Part shown: in pieces, positions 50,231-62,842 of the stretch
Numbering within the stretch: position 1 is the stretch's first letter
Layout of the letters: each line of letters starts with the position of its first letter
Origin: Mobula hypostoma
Taxonomy: Eukaryota
Length of the DNA: 64,000 nt
Reading direction: 5' to 3'
NCBI RefSeq assembly: GCF_963921235.1
Contig: NC_086105.1
Location: forward strand, 88,164,001-88,228,000
Notes under the pieces: model-generated
Told to the model about the DNA's origin: nothing
What the model saw: the letters and a program-made list of their open reading frames with translations, nothing else
Database searches by the model: none
Program-made: the position numbers and the translations under genes

Positions 50231-51362
50231 TAATGCTCCAGGTAATTTCGATTGCTTGTAACAGTTTATAGGATTTATCACCCATTTATAATTTTGCTAA
50301 ATCTGTCCAGCATCAGATTTCTGAATGGACTATGAATCCTTAAGCAATATCTCACTATTTTTCCTCTTTTTTTTGCACTACTTTTTAATTTAAAATTGTA
50401 TGTACATAATATACTTGTAATTTATAGTTTTTTTTATTATGTATTATGTACTGCTGTCACAAAACAACAAATTTCACGACATATAGTATGTCAGTGATAC
50501 TAATCCTGATTCTGATTTCTCGTGTCTCTGACTCTGATTGAGGAAATTTTCTTCTCAATTCTCAACATCCTACTGGCAGTTGTTCTCTCAGGGGAAATAT
50601 CTCGAACCTCATCATTAAAGCCCTTTAAAACTTTGCTTTTAAGAAGAGTTCCAAAAACTTGTGCCTCTCTAAGGGAAATAATGTCATCTCATTTCCGTCT
50701 TAAAACGGTGACCCTTTATGCTGAAAATGGAGTGAATGTTTTTATAGAGAGAAAAAAAATGGACACTCCTTTGCTGTATTCTCTACAAAAAAAAAGGAAA
50801 GTCCTCTTTACATCTATCTCATTAAGTTTTTTTTAGGATTTGGATATCACTTTCAAATTCTGCTGGGTACAAGCCTATTTATATAAGATTCCCTACCCAG
50901 TCCAGGTATTAATTTAGTACATTGTAATATAAGGAGGTGAACACTGCAGATATGATATTAACAATGCTTGAAGTTTACCTCGTTATTTTAGTATTCAAGT
51001 CTAAGAATAAAAACTGATAACATTTTGGGATCTTTTGAAATTACTCGCTGTGCCCGACTGTTATCCTTTTGCAAGTCATGCACTGGTGCATCTATATCCC
51101 TTTGCATTTCAGAGTTAAGCAGTCTCTCATAATTTATATGCTATATTTTTCACATTTTCCTTACACTATTCTTACCTTTTTCCAAGTGTTTGATACATTA
51201 TTTTAGTAATAGCTTTTAACATTTAGTAATAGCTTTAACATTAGATGTTAAACTAACTGGCTTGTAGTTTCTTTTTTTAAAAAAGATGTGATTGTTTTTC
51301 TTTTCCTTAAGCCTTTCCTTAAATTTAAGACTTGGAAAATGAAAATCAACTGTCTCCTCAGC

Positions 51363-52081
51363 AACATACATCAAAGTTGCTGGTGAACTCAGCAGGCCAA
51401 GCAGCATCTATAGGAAGAGGCGCAGTCGACGTTTCAGGCCGAGACCCTTCGTCAGGACTAACTGAAGGAAGAGTGAGTAAGGGATTTGAAAGCTGGAGGG
51501 GGAGGGGGAGATGCAAAATGATAGGAGAAGACAGGAGGGGGAGGGATAGAGCCGAGAGCTGGACAGGTGATAGGCAAAAGGGGATACGAGAGGATCATGG
51601 GACAGGAGGCCTAGGGAGAAAGACGGGGGGGGGGTGACCCAGAGGATGGGCAAGAGGTATATTCAGAGGGACAGAGGGGGACAGAGGGAGAAAAAGGAGA
51701 GTGAGAGAAAGAATGTGTGCATAAAAATGAGTAACAGCTGGGGTACGAGGGGGAGGTGGGGCCTAGCGGAAGTTAGAGAAGTCAATGTTCACGCCATCAG
51801 GTTGGAGGCTACCCAGACGGAATATAAGGTGTTGTTCCTCCAACCTGAGTGCGGCTTCATCTTTACAGTAGAGGAGGCCGTGGACAGACATGTCAGAATG
51901 GGAATGGGACGCGGAATCAAAATGTGTGGCCACTGGGAGATCCCGCCCTCTCTGGCGGACAGAGCGTAGATGTTCAGCAAAGCGGTCTCCCAGTCTGCGT
52001 CGGGTCCCACCAACATATAAAAGGCCACATCGGGAGCACCGGACGCAGTACACCACCCCAGTCGACTCACAGGTGAAGTGA
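51363..52081 (-). mobile_element. Penelope-like element, 5'-truncated (GIY-YIG endonuclease C-terminus and 3' tail), 12-bp TSD
   Basis: Minus ORF 51763-52056, VYCVRCSRCGLLYVGGTRRRLGDRFAEH...VATHF...LEEQHLIFRLGSLQPDGVN. TSD TGTCTCCTCAGC at 51351-51362 and 52082-52093. Confidence 0.9.
51424..51459 (-). ncRNA. Minimal type I hammerhead ribozyme motif
   Basis: Minus strand reads AGUC-CUGACGA-AGGGUCUCGGCCU-GAAAC-GUC-GACU: complete CUGANGA/GAAA/UH core, stem I AGUC:GACU, stem II hairpin and palindromic ACGU in place of stem III. Confidence 0.75.
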
Positions 52082-52564
52082 TGTCTCCTCAGCCCTTTCT
52101 TCTAAGACACTAGGATAAAGTTCTCAGGACCTAGACAATTAGCCTGCTGCTGCAAATATTTGCTCAGTACCACTTTCCTGACTATTATCATTTTCTTGAG
52201 CTCCTTGGCTTTTCTTGGCTGTAAGCAATGGCTAAGTAGACAGCAACTTTTGCCTTTGAGTCAAAAGGTCGTGGACCTTTCATTGAGTATAAGGTTTAGA
52301 CAAATTTCATTTTAATATGAAATGGTTGAATGTGTTGGCAGGAGATCGCGTTGGAAATCGGTATGAAGATTTTTGTTATATTTGTCAGATGAGCTGTAAT
52401 GAAATGTGACAGTTAATAACAGTTGATGTAAAATGAACTAAATCTCCTTAAATTTAATGCTATTACTACAGCAAGCCATATCAAAGTGGAACATAATTTA
52501 TAGCACTAAAAAAAGTCACATTAATCAAGTTTTTCTCTTCTGCCAACCCACCATTCCTGACTGT

Positions 52565-53645
52565 AGAACATAGAACTGGACAGGAAGAGGAACAATCCCT
52601 TTGATCCACTATGTTGTGAGGAACTAATTGAATACCAAACTAGAATCCCTATTGCCTAAACAATGCCCACCTTCCTCCCTTCTCTGCACATCCATGTGTT
52701 TATCCAAGAGCCTTTTAAATACCTCTACGTATTTGCCTTCACTGCGACCCATGGTTCTGCAATATACATAAAATGCCCCACATATCCCCTTTGAACTTGC
52801 CCTCTCTCACTTCAAATGTAACCCTGGGGAGAAGATCACAGCTGTCTTCCCTTCTATGGCTTTGATAATTTTATAAACTCAGCATCTGCTGCTCCAGGGA
52901 AAACAACCCAGGTTTGTCCAACATTTCCTAGTAGCACATGTCCTCTAATCCAAGCAGCATCCTGATAAACCTCTTCTGGACCCTTTCCAAAGCCTCCACA
53001 TCCTTCCTATAGTGGGGCAACCAGAAAAGAAAGGATTCTCTAGAAGCATCTTAAGCAGAGTTTTATGAAGCTGCAACTTCCGCCATCATGAACTCAATGA
53101 TTTGATTACTGAATGCAAGCATGCAATATGTTACCTTTACCACCCTAGCAACCACTATCATAGAGCTCAAGGTCCCTCAGTCATCTTTAGGATACTACCA
53201 TTAACTGGGTATTGTCCCTTTGCATTTGATGTCCCGCAGTGCCACATCTCACACTTGGCTGGATTAAGCTGCATCTGTCATTTCTCTGCCCATAAGTGTA
53301 AAGGATCTACATAGAACATAGAATAATACAGCACAGTACAGGTCCTTCGGCCCACAATATTGTGCCTGCCCTCAAACCCTGCCTCCCATATAAGCCCCCA
53401 CCTTAAATTCCCCCATATACTTGTGTATCTCTATCCTTCTGTATCATTTGGCAATTTTTCAACAATACTACCAATCTTTGTATCATCTGTAAATTTACTA
53501 ACACACCCATCTATGTACTCATCCATGTCATTTATATCTATCACAAACAGCAGAGGTCCAGTACAGATTCTTGTGGAATACCACTTGTCACGGGCCTCTA
53601 GCACGTCATATTGACCACTACCTTTTGTCTTCTATGAGCAAGCCA
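52565..53645 (-). mobile_element. CR1-clade LINE fragments (one nested short 3' end at about 53310-53420)
   Basis: (catagaa)n tails and reverse-strand CR1 ORF2 remnants. Confidence 0.6.
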
Positions 53646-53842
53646 ATTTGACTCTACACTTTCTGCCCAGGTGGATAAACTCACAAGACCACTGATCTGC
53701 TAAAAGCAGATTGTAGGCTAAATGAAACGCACACACAATACTGGAAGGTAGCATCTAAGGAGGGAAATGTACAGTGGATATTTCTGACTGTGACCCATCA
53801 ACAGGACTCATGAAGGGTCTTGGCCTGAAATGTCAACTCAGT

Positions 53843-54540
53843 ATCAGAATCAGGTTTATTATCACCGGCATGTGTCATGAGATTTGTTAACTTAGTAGCA
53901 GCAGTTCAATGCAGTACATAATCTAGAAGAAGAGAATAAATAAGTAGATAAATTACAGTATGTGTACATTGAATAGATTAAAAATTGTGCAAAAACAAAT
54001 AGTACATATTTAAAAGGTGAAGTAGTGTCCAAAGGTTCAGTATCCATTTAGGAATCGAATGGCAGAGGAGAAGAAGCTGTTCCTGAATTGCTGAGTGTGT
54101 GCCTTCAGGCTTCTGTACCTCCTACCTGATGGTAACAATAAGAAAAGGGCATGCCCTGGGTGCTGGGGGTCCTTAATTAATGGATGATGTCTTTCTGAGA
54201 CACTGCTCTTTGAAGATGTCCTGGGTACTTTGTAGACTTGTACACAAGATGGAGCCAACTAAATTTACAGTCCTCCACAGTCTAACATCGGCCTCTAAGA
54301 CAGAGATCACAGGGTCACCAGGGTCATCAGCAGGGATCTTCACAGTTGTAGTTATATTCTCCCTTTCAAAGCTGATAAGTTCACTTGGTAGTGAAGCATC
54401 GCTGCCATTCATGCTATTGGGTTTCACTTTGTAGGAAGTAATATCTTGCAAACCCTGCCAGAATTGTTGTCAGAATCCGATGCCACCTTCAACCTCGTTT
54501 GAAATTGTCTCTTTGCCCTTGAAATAGCCCACCGCTAGCC
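53843..54540 (-). mobile_element. Rex1/Babar-type LINE fragments
   Basis: Minus ORF 54037-54258 (IKDPQHPGHALFLLLPSGRRYRSLKAHTQQFRNSFF) and (tctgat)n tail. Confidence 0.75.
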
Positions 54541-54644
54541 ATAGCTGATAAATGAACAGCGCAGTTCCTCAGTATTTTGTGTGTGTGTGTTGCTGAAATT
54601 TTTCAGCATCTGCAGAATCTTTTGTGTTTCTGTGAGGATAAATA

Positions 54645-54915
54645 AGACCATAACATGTAGGAGCAGAATTAGGCCATTCAGCCATTGAGTCTGCCCCACC
54701 ATTCAATCATTGGCTGATCCAATTCATCCAGTCGTCCCCACTCCCCTGCCTTCTCCCCATACCCTTTGATGCCCCAGCTAATCAAGAACCTATCTATCTC
54801 TGCCTTAAATACACCCAGTGACCTGGCTTCCACAGCCACTTGGGGCAACAAATTCCACAGATTTACCACCCTCTGACTAAAGTAATTTCCCCACATCTTT
54901 GTTCTAAATGGACAT
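54645..54915 (-). mobile_element. CR1 3' end
   Basis: Minus ORF 54678-54956 (YFSQRVVNLWNLLPQVAVEARSLGVFKAEIDRFL). Confidence 0.75.
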
Positions 54916-55632
54916 CCTAAAAATAACTGCATTTCAGACAGGAGGATTTTATTCAATAGAAATATGCATATTTGCAGATATGAAAGGATAACTTGTTATG
55001 ACAAGGATCTGAGAAATTAGTATTTTAGGGGAAGATACAAATATATAGAAGATTTTGCCTTATGAAGATTTTTAGGTTCCTGATGAAAGGGTTATTTACC
55101 CTAGTTAAGGAAGGATACCAATGATTATTTAACTCATCTAAGGAATGATACCAAAACTAAAGAGCTGATTATTGACTAAAGAAGGAATTCAGAGGGCCAT
55201 GAGTCAGTTCTCATTAGAGGATCAGAGAAGGAGAGGGTCAGTAACTTTAAATTCCTTGGCATTATCATTTCAGAAGATTTGCCCAGGGACCAGCATGGAA
55301 GTGCCATTACAAAAGTGGCAGTGACCCTTCTAAGTTTGTGCAGATTTGGCACATCATCTAAAACTTCTGTAGATGTGCAGAGGAGAGTAATCTGATAGGC
55401 TGCATCAGCACTTGATATTGAAATATCAAGAATGGAAATATCTACAAAAAGAAGTGGACACAGCTCAGTCCAGTACAGGAAAAGCCCTCCCTACCATTGA
55501 GCACATCTACAAGGAGCACTGCCACAAGAAAGCAGCATTCAATGTCAATGACGGCCATCATCCAATCCATAATCTCTTCTCACTGCTGCCATTGGGAAGA
55601 TGCACGGAGCCTTAAGTCCCACAGCACCAGCT

Positions 55633-55757
55633 CCCTCTCCCTATCTCTTTCCCTCTGTACCTTCTCCCTCTGTACCCTCTCCATCTCCCTCTGTACCCTC
55701 TCTCTCTCCCTCTGTACCTTCTCCCCCTCCCTCTCTCTCTCCCTCTGTACCTTCTCC
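55633..55757. repeat. Pyrimidine-rich minisatellite, unit about CTCCCTCTGTACC(T)
   Basis: Five copies of CCCTCTGTACC separated by (CT)n spacers. Confidence 0.85.
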
Positions 55758-57149
55758 AACTGTTAGCACCAGTATCAGTCATGGCCTAGCCTAGGACTAA
55801 GCTCTCCTCCTGCACAAAGAAAGTCCCCCTTTACGATTCCTTTAAAGCATCACATAATATTACTGCAGTACATTTCCTTTCCATGGTTGTACCAGCTGTG
55901 CCCATTTATCTCTTATGACCTTCAGCCCACAGACATAATTTAGGAAAACAGAGACAACAGGTCTGTAAGGAGGAAAACATTCATTGTCTCATCTCAGGGA
56001 TATGCACTGGTGCACATCTGAAGACTATCACAACATTCCAAGGTGACACCATTTTGTCTTCAAACTGTATACTGTTTACTAAGGTGGAATCACAATTAAC
56101 TTTTTCCTTACAGTATGTGGTGGCACATATGTACTTTGATATTAAATTTACTTTGAATTTTGAACTTTGACACATGCAGCAGAGGATGTACCACAAAGGT
56201 TCAGCAGATTGATTCCTGTGATTGAGAATTAAAACTAATGCTGAGGAAATAATTAGGATGGATAAAAAAGAACTTGATTGAATGAGATTTTCTTTGAGGA
56301 TTTTTTTAAAAGGAAGATGGGGTGGAGAGGTTTAAGGACCAGAATGTGGGGTCAAAACTAACTTGTAAGATGATCAGTAATCAGATGTGGGAATGGGAAA
56401 TTAGAAGCTCCACTCAGAGGACCAACATTCAAAGGTGGTCGTGGTGGGTTGGGAGGAGGGTGGGCGGTGAGAATAGTGGTATTCTTAGAGACAGATTTAG
56501 GCAGGGCAGGAAGGGATTGAAGTAGAATGGGATTGAGAGAGAATTCAGATCAGCAAGGTAATGGATACTAATTTGAGGGGACAATGCTGCAGAATTTTTA
56601 CGAGCTGAGGGTTGGAGCCAGCAGGAAATGATCTATTGGTATAATCAAATTGAAGCAAAAACCATAGCAGATGAGGGTGTCATTTGCACATATTCAGGTC
56701 AGGTTAAATAGAACCAAGAATTTGCAAAGAATGCAGTAAATGGAAGGAATTCAGTTTTTGGTATGATTGTGGTGGTAACTCCAGTTTGTGAAAGCTTGTA
56801 ATTGAAAAGAATTATGGTTTATCCAAAGCTGAAAATCACATAAACAGTTTGAGAACAAGAATAAGGGAATCGAGGAAAATGGTCTTGAATTTGGGATTGA
56901 GCAAATAAACTATTTTTGTCCTGAATGACTGGCTTCTGATTCTCAGCATCCACTTATGGGAAACAACATCCTTGCATCTATTCTGTCATGACATTTAAGA
57001 ATTTTATTTGCTTCAGTGAGATCACTTGTGTTCTTCAAAAATCTGGAGATAAAGACTGCTTAATTTTTCTTCATAGGCCATACACCCCATCCCAGGGATC
57101 AATCTAATGAACCTTTTTCAACTCTTGTTTTTTTAACTCTGGTAACTCA

Positions 57150-57802
57150 AGCTGCTGTGCAGCTTGACTCTGTGGTTAAGAAGGCATACAGTGCATTGGC
57201 CTTCATCAATTGTGGGAATGAATTTAAGAGCCAAGAGGTAATGTTACAGCTATGTAGGACCCTGGTCAGACACCACTTGGAGTACTGTGCTCAGTTCTAG
57301 TCACCTCACTACAGGAAGGATGTGGAAACTATAGAAAGGGTGCAGAACAGATTTACAAGGATGTTGCCTGGATTGGGGAGCATGCCTCATGAGAATAGGT
57401 TGAGTGAACTTGGCCTTTTCTCCTTGGAGCGACGGAGGATGAGAGGTGACCTGATAGAGGTGTACAAGATGTTGAGAGGCATTGATCGTGTGGACACTCA
57501 GAGGCTTTTTCCCAGGGCTGAAATCGCTAATACAAGAGGGCACAGTTTTAAGGTGCTTGGAAGTAGGAACAGAGAAGATGACAAGGGTAAATTTTTTACG
57601 CAGAGAGCGGTGAGTGCATGGAATGGGCTGCCGGCGTCAGTGGTGGAGGTGGATACAATAGATTCTTTTAAGAGACTCTTGGATAGGCACATGGAGCTGA
57701 GAAAAATAGAGGGCTATGGGTAACCCTAGGTAATTTCTAAAGTAAGTACAGCATTGTGGGCCGAAGGTCCTGTGTTGTGCTGTAGGTTTTCTGTTTCTAT
57801 GT
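57150..57802 (+). mobile_element. CR1-clade LINE 3' fragment
   Basis: ORF 57322-57723 (ERVQNRFTRMLPGL..RMRGDLIEVYKMLRG..FFTQRAVSAWNGLP). Confidence 0.88.
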
Positions 57803-58249
57803 AATTCAGATCATCCTTAACTTTAACATGTAACTTATTTCAATAGAAATCAAATGAAATGTATGAAATTCTTATATGGTGTGAAAGGGTAGGTGTGGAG
57901 ATGATGTTCTGAATTAGGATTCATGCTCTCAGAAAAAGAAACTGCATTTTCAGGACTGAAATGAAAAGTTTTTTCAACTTGAGGTCAGTGAATCTTCCTA
58001 ATTTCCTTCCCTAAATTTGAAGAAGGGGATAGAGAGGTCATTCATGGACTATATTTAAGATTGAGGACAATATCTTTCAGATACAATGGGAATCAAAAGA
58101 TCTCAGCGTAGAAGTGATGCTGAGGTTGAAGAGCTTTCTGAAAGGTCGTGAAGGCACCAGAATTTAACGATAAATGGATTCGAATAAATAAAAAGAATAA
58201 ACCACAACGCGATTGAACGTTAGCCTTCTGTTTCACTCTAGGTAAGGGC

Positions 58250-58625
58250 TGAAGCGGTTCAAAATACTTTTATGGAAACTACAGGAAACACCGAGGAATA
58301 ACTTCACCGCGAGCGCGGTAAGAGGCGGCTCTCGCCCGGAAATCTCGCGAGACCTAGGAGAGGAGGGCGCCGGCGAGGAGGGAGATCCAAGCGCGAACGT
58401 GGGGTCAACGAGAGAGCGGCGGCCGGCTGGCCGGCAGGTGAACCAAGTCCCAGGGTATCCAGTTTAGGGTGACCGCACGACCCCATCAGGCAGGGCGTTA
58501 GTGAGGTGTGCAATCTTCTGTGGAACTCCAGAGCGTCCCGGCCCTCCGCTCCAACCGGCACCGGAGCTCCGGCGCAGCGGCAGACTCTTCTCCCCAGCCC
58601 TAGGCTGTCGGCATTCTGCAGCGGT
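58250..58625 (+). promoter_or_regulatory. MAD1L1: CpG-island promoter and probable non-coding first exon (donor CAG|gtgaac at 58438) of the next gene, probably MAD1L1
   Basis: CpG island with ETS CCGGAA (58336), palindrome TCTCGCGAGA (58343-58352) and reverse CHR-like TTCAAA (58258). Gene identity rests only on conserved synteny downstream of MRM2; no coding exon is visible in the window. Confidence 0.55.
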
Positions 58626-59384
58626 AGCTGAGCCTGCTCCTTTGCCCTATAGAAAGGAGTTACTGAACTAGCCCCTTTACTCTCTGCAAGGAGCCAGTGA
58701 ACCACATTCCTCTTCAAACGTCAGTAGAAGGTCAGTAATCCCTCATCCCTGCTCCAGCACTCAGTAACAATGCCGCAACCCCTCTTTCCTCAGCTAACCC
58801 GACATCTTCGTTGAACTCTATTTTGAATACACTCAGTGACTGAGCCTGCACTGTCCTCCAGAGTAGAGAATTCCTGATTCACCATTCTTTGGATGAAGAG
58901 CTTTCTCCTTATTTTGTGACTGTGACCTGCTTTTAGATTCCCGCGTTGCGGGCGTCGCTGTATAATGATTTGGAGGAGTTAAGAAACGAATCTAAAAAAA
59001 ATATCTGTTGCACCTTGACCCATCCCAACTGAAAATTTGGGAACATCTTGGTTTTGGTGAGGTAGCTACTGGCTGCATGAACTCATTTCCCTTCTCAAGT
59101 GCAGTGGTTAGAAACTTGGTAGAAGAGGGCCCAAAAGACTGTCAGTACATTCACATACATAACTCTTGAGCCCATTAATGCAGATATAATTGAGCAACTG
59201 GGGCCACCATACTGATTTCTTTGACACCAAAATTACATCTTTATTCCATGCTATTTTTTTTGTCTTTTAACCACTCCACAACCCTTATAACTAAATTATA
59301 TTTAGTATTGTGTGCTCCAGTTTTGATGTGTGGCACCTTATCGGGGTCACTTAAAGGTTACATTAACAGACTTACCCTGGTTGG

Positions 59385-61070
59385 TCCTTCTGAAGTGCAG
59401 AACATCACACTTGTCTGCATTAAATTACATCTGCCAACTTTCAGCCCATTTTACCAGCTGGTCCGGATCCCATTGCAAGCGTCGATGATCTTTCTCACTG
59501 ATCGCTACACCCTCAGTCTGGTATCATTCACAAATTTACTGATCCAGTCGACCACATTATCATTCAGGTCATTGATATAGATGACAAACATCAAAGGACC
59601 CAGCACCGATCCCTGTGGCACTCCACTAGTCACAGGCCTCCAGTCACAGAAGCAACCATCTACTCACTAGCACATTCTGACTTCTCTCACAAAGTCAACA
59701 TTTAATCCAATTTACTACCTCAGCAAAGTGATTGAACCTTCTTGATCAACCTTCCATGCAGGATCCTGTCATGTGACTTGCTAAAGGCCATGTAGACAAC
59801 ATCCACTGCCTTCTTCAACTTTTTTGGTAACTTCCTCGAAAAACTCAGTAAAATTGTTAGACATGATCTACCACTCACAAAGCCAAATACTCATGTATCC
59901 AGTACAGTACCTTAGAATACCTTCCAATAACTTTCCCACTACTGATGTCAGGCTCATCGGCCTATAATTTCCTGGTTTATTTGTAGAGCTTTTCTTAAAC
60001 AGTGGAACAACATTGGCTATCCTCTGCCCCCTCTTCTGTCTCTAAGGCTAGGGCTCTGGCAATTTCTGCGCTTGCCTCCCGCAGAATCTGAGAGAACACC
60101 CTTGTCAGGCCCTAGTTTGCTTCAAGATAGCAAACCCCTCCTCCTCTGTAATCTGTATATGAGTTCATAAAGTTGATGCTGTTTTGCTGGTAGTGTCAGT
60201 GTCTGTATCCTGAGTAAATACAGATACAATATATGCATTTAGATCTCCCCCCATCTCTTTGGCTTCATACATGGATTACCATTCTGATCTTTCAGATGAC
60301 CAATTTTGTCACTTGCAATCCATGTGCTCTTAACAGATCTGTAGAATCCCTTAGGATTCCTTCACCTTGTGTGCTGGGACAACCTCATGCCTTCTTTTAG
60401 CCCACCTGATTTCTTTCTTAAGTGTTCTCTTGCATGTCTTGTACTCCATAAGCACCTCATTTTTTTTCTTAAGCCTCAATATTTCTTGAAAACCAAGAAT
60501 CCCTACACCTGTTATTTTTACCTTTTAATCTGATAGGCTCATAGAGTCATAGAGTAGTACAGCACAGAAACAGGCCATTTGGCCCATCTAGTCCATGCCA
60601 AAACTGTTTGAACTGTCTATCCCCATTGACCTGCACTGGGACCACAGCCATGCGTGTCCCTACTATCCATGTACCTATCCAAACTTCTCTTAAAGTTTGA
60701 AATAGAGCTCACATGTACCACTTGTGTTGGCAGCTCGTTCCACACACTCATATGAGTGAAGAAGTTTCCCCTCATATTCCCCTTAAACTTCTCACCTTTC
60801 ACCCTTAACCCATGACCTCTTGTAGTCCTACTCAATCTCAGTGGAAAAAGCCTGTTTGCATTTACCCTCATAATTTTGTATACCTCTGCCAAATCTTACG
60901 CAAGCTTTTTTCTCTCAAAATTTCACTTTTGAAGGCCTCAGAGTTACCAAGTACACTTTTGCCAGAAAACAGCCTGTCGCAATCCACACTTGCCAGGTCC
61001 TTTCTGATGCCATCAAAATAATTTTTTTTCCAATTTAGAATCTGGACCAGTAGACCAGACCTATCTTTTT
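59385..61070 (-). mobile_element. CR1-clade LINE fragments (older RT region with a nested 3' end at 60540-60895)
   Basis: Reverse-strand GVPQGSVLG and NYRP motifs; minus ORF 60617-60892; (catagagt)n tail. Confidence 0.75.
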
Positions 61071-61085
61071 TGCATATTTCTAGCC

Positions 61086-61156
61086 CAGGAGTTCCCAACC
61101 TTTTTTATGCCATGGACTCATTCCATTAACCGAGGGGTCCGTGGTTGGGAACCCCT
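61086..61156. mobile_element. Short hAT(Charlie)-like MITE
   Basis: TIRs CAGGAGTTCCCAACC / GGTTGGGAACCCCT. Confidence 0.6.
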
Positions 61157-61522
61157 AGCCTTTGAATGATTTGCCCTAACTCTTAGATTGGGAATGTAGA
61201 ATTATTAGTGGTGGAATTTCTATTATCCTACACCCTCCTTTTTAAAATAATAGGTCTGAAGTTGATCCACTGAGAAAACAGTGTTTTAATGTGGATATGG
61301 TTTTTCTCATTGGGAAGAAAGTGCTTCTTGATGGCATTATTGACAATGCTTTCTACCACTTTGCTGATGATTGAAGCTGGAAGCTGTGGGGAATCCCAAA
61401 CACAAAATAATCTGCAGATGCTGGGGTCAAAGCAACACTGACAACACGCTGGAGGAACTCAGCAGGTGGGGCAGCATCTGTGGAAAAGATCGGTCGACGT
61501 TTCGGGCCGGAACACTTCGTCA

Positions 61523-61594
61523 TCCCCTCAATCCTTCCACTTTCTGTGACTTTTGCACAGTACTGTATCTTCCCCTCAATCCTTCCACTTTCTG
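61523..61594. repeat. Exact 24-bp direct repeat with 24-bp spacer
   Basis: TCCCCTCAATCCTTCCACTTTCTG at 61523-61546 and 61571-61594. Confidence 0.85.
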
Positions 61595-62842
61595 ACATGG
61601 TGCTCTGGTTTCCTCCCCTTGCCAAACTAATTTAATCTCTCCTAAGTTGCACCAGTAAACCCCTTTCCTAACTCCTTATACTCACTGTGCAGGCCCTCTT
61701 CCCCCTTCTTACCTTTGTCGTTGGTCCAATGTGCACCATGACCTCTGGCTCCTCAACCTTTTTCTTGAGAATGTTCTGTAGCCACCTTGAGATATTCTTG
61801 ATCCTGGTAACCTGGAGGCAACATATCATCCTGCCCACATCTATTGTGGCTATGGAATCAACAGTCTCTTCCCCTACCTATTGATTTTCTTAGCCTCTTA
61901 AATGAATCAGTTCATTTTAAAAGGCAGCTATCAGATAAATAGCTGCTCTGGAATGAAAAACTATATATGCAATTATGTTTTCATGAATCTTGTAGAATTC
62001 CCTTGTCACCATTTCTCCATAGAATCTTGACCTTGTACTGAAGAATATGTGTAGTTTAAGGGTAACTATTGGATAAACAGCTTCTTTGGTATGATATAGT
62101 TTATATGCAACTATGCTTGAAGTAGCCTTATAGTATTCCCTTAAGTCACCATTTTTCATTGGAGTCTTGACCTTGTACTCTGTTTTTGATTGTATGGGAA
62201 TGCTGCAATATTAGCAGTGTTGGTCTTTGGATAACATGTTAAACTGGTACCACATACCATCCATTATTATGAAAAATAACAGTAGTGTTCAAGGGTATGA
62301 GTAATATTTATCCTCCAACATAAATAGAGCTGGTGGAATCATGCTGCATGCAAGTTAGTTGCTATGTTATCTACATTTTGACACTTCATTAAATACTTTA
62401 TTGATATTTTATGACATCAAACAGTTTCCTATCGATATGCAAATCTTACTTTATGGATAATCAGAAATCCCAGAAATAACCTATTTGTGAAATAGACACT
62501 GGATATTTTAGTCCTAAAGGAGGCACCTGAATTCAGTTCTGTCCATGATTCATTAAGTCATCAAATCATCATTATTTTGCTATGGATTGTATAACTGTTC
62601 ATGTACCCTGCCTTGTCCCTTTTTAAAATACATTAGTGATTGTTGAGAAAAAGGCAGATACTGCTACTCTCATATCCGTGTCACTATAGTGACTTGTTTA
62701 AAGGTGAACTAGTAAGAGCTCAGGGTCAGCAAGTCTTTGTGAGAGTAAGAGGCAAGATGGCAACATTAGGGAACCTGGACTAATAAAAGAAGTTGACAAT
62801 TTTGTTGGAAATAACAAGGCCGCTTGTGTCAGGTATAGACAC

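Noticed and set aside
51202-51245. Tandem duplication of about 20 bp (TTTAGTAATAGCTTT(T)AACA)
   Set aside because: An ordinary slippage duplication in decayed repeat sequence.
55600-55794. Pro/Ser-rich ORF (PSVPS repeats)
   Set aside because: It is a translation of a CT-rich minisatellite, with no splice or homology support.
58304-58717. 137-aa minus-strand ORF in the CpG island
   Set aside because: Stop-codon depletion is expected in GC-rich promoter DNA, and no domain is recognisable.
61523-61594. Repeat-spacer-repeat resembling a mini CRISPR array
   Set aside because: Only two non-palindromic copies, in a vertebrate context with no cas genes; a local duplication is sufficient.
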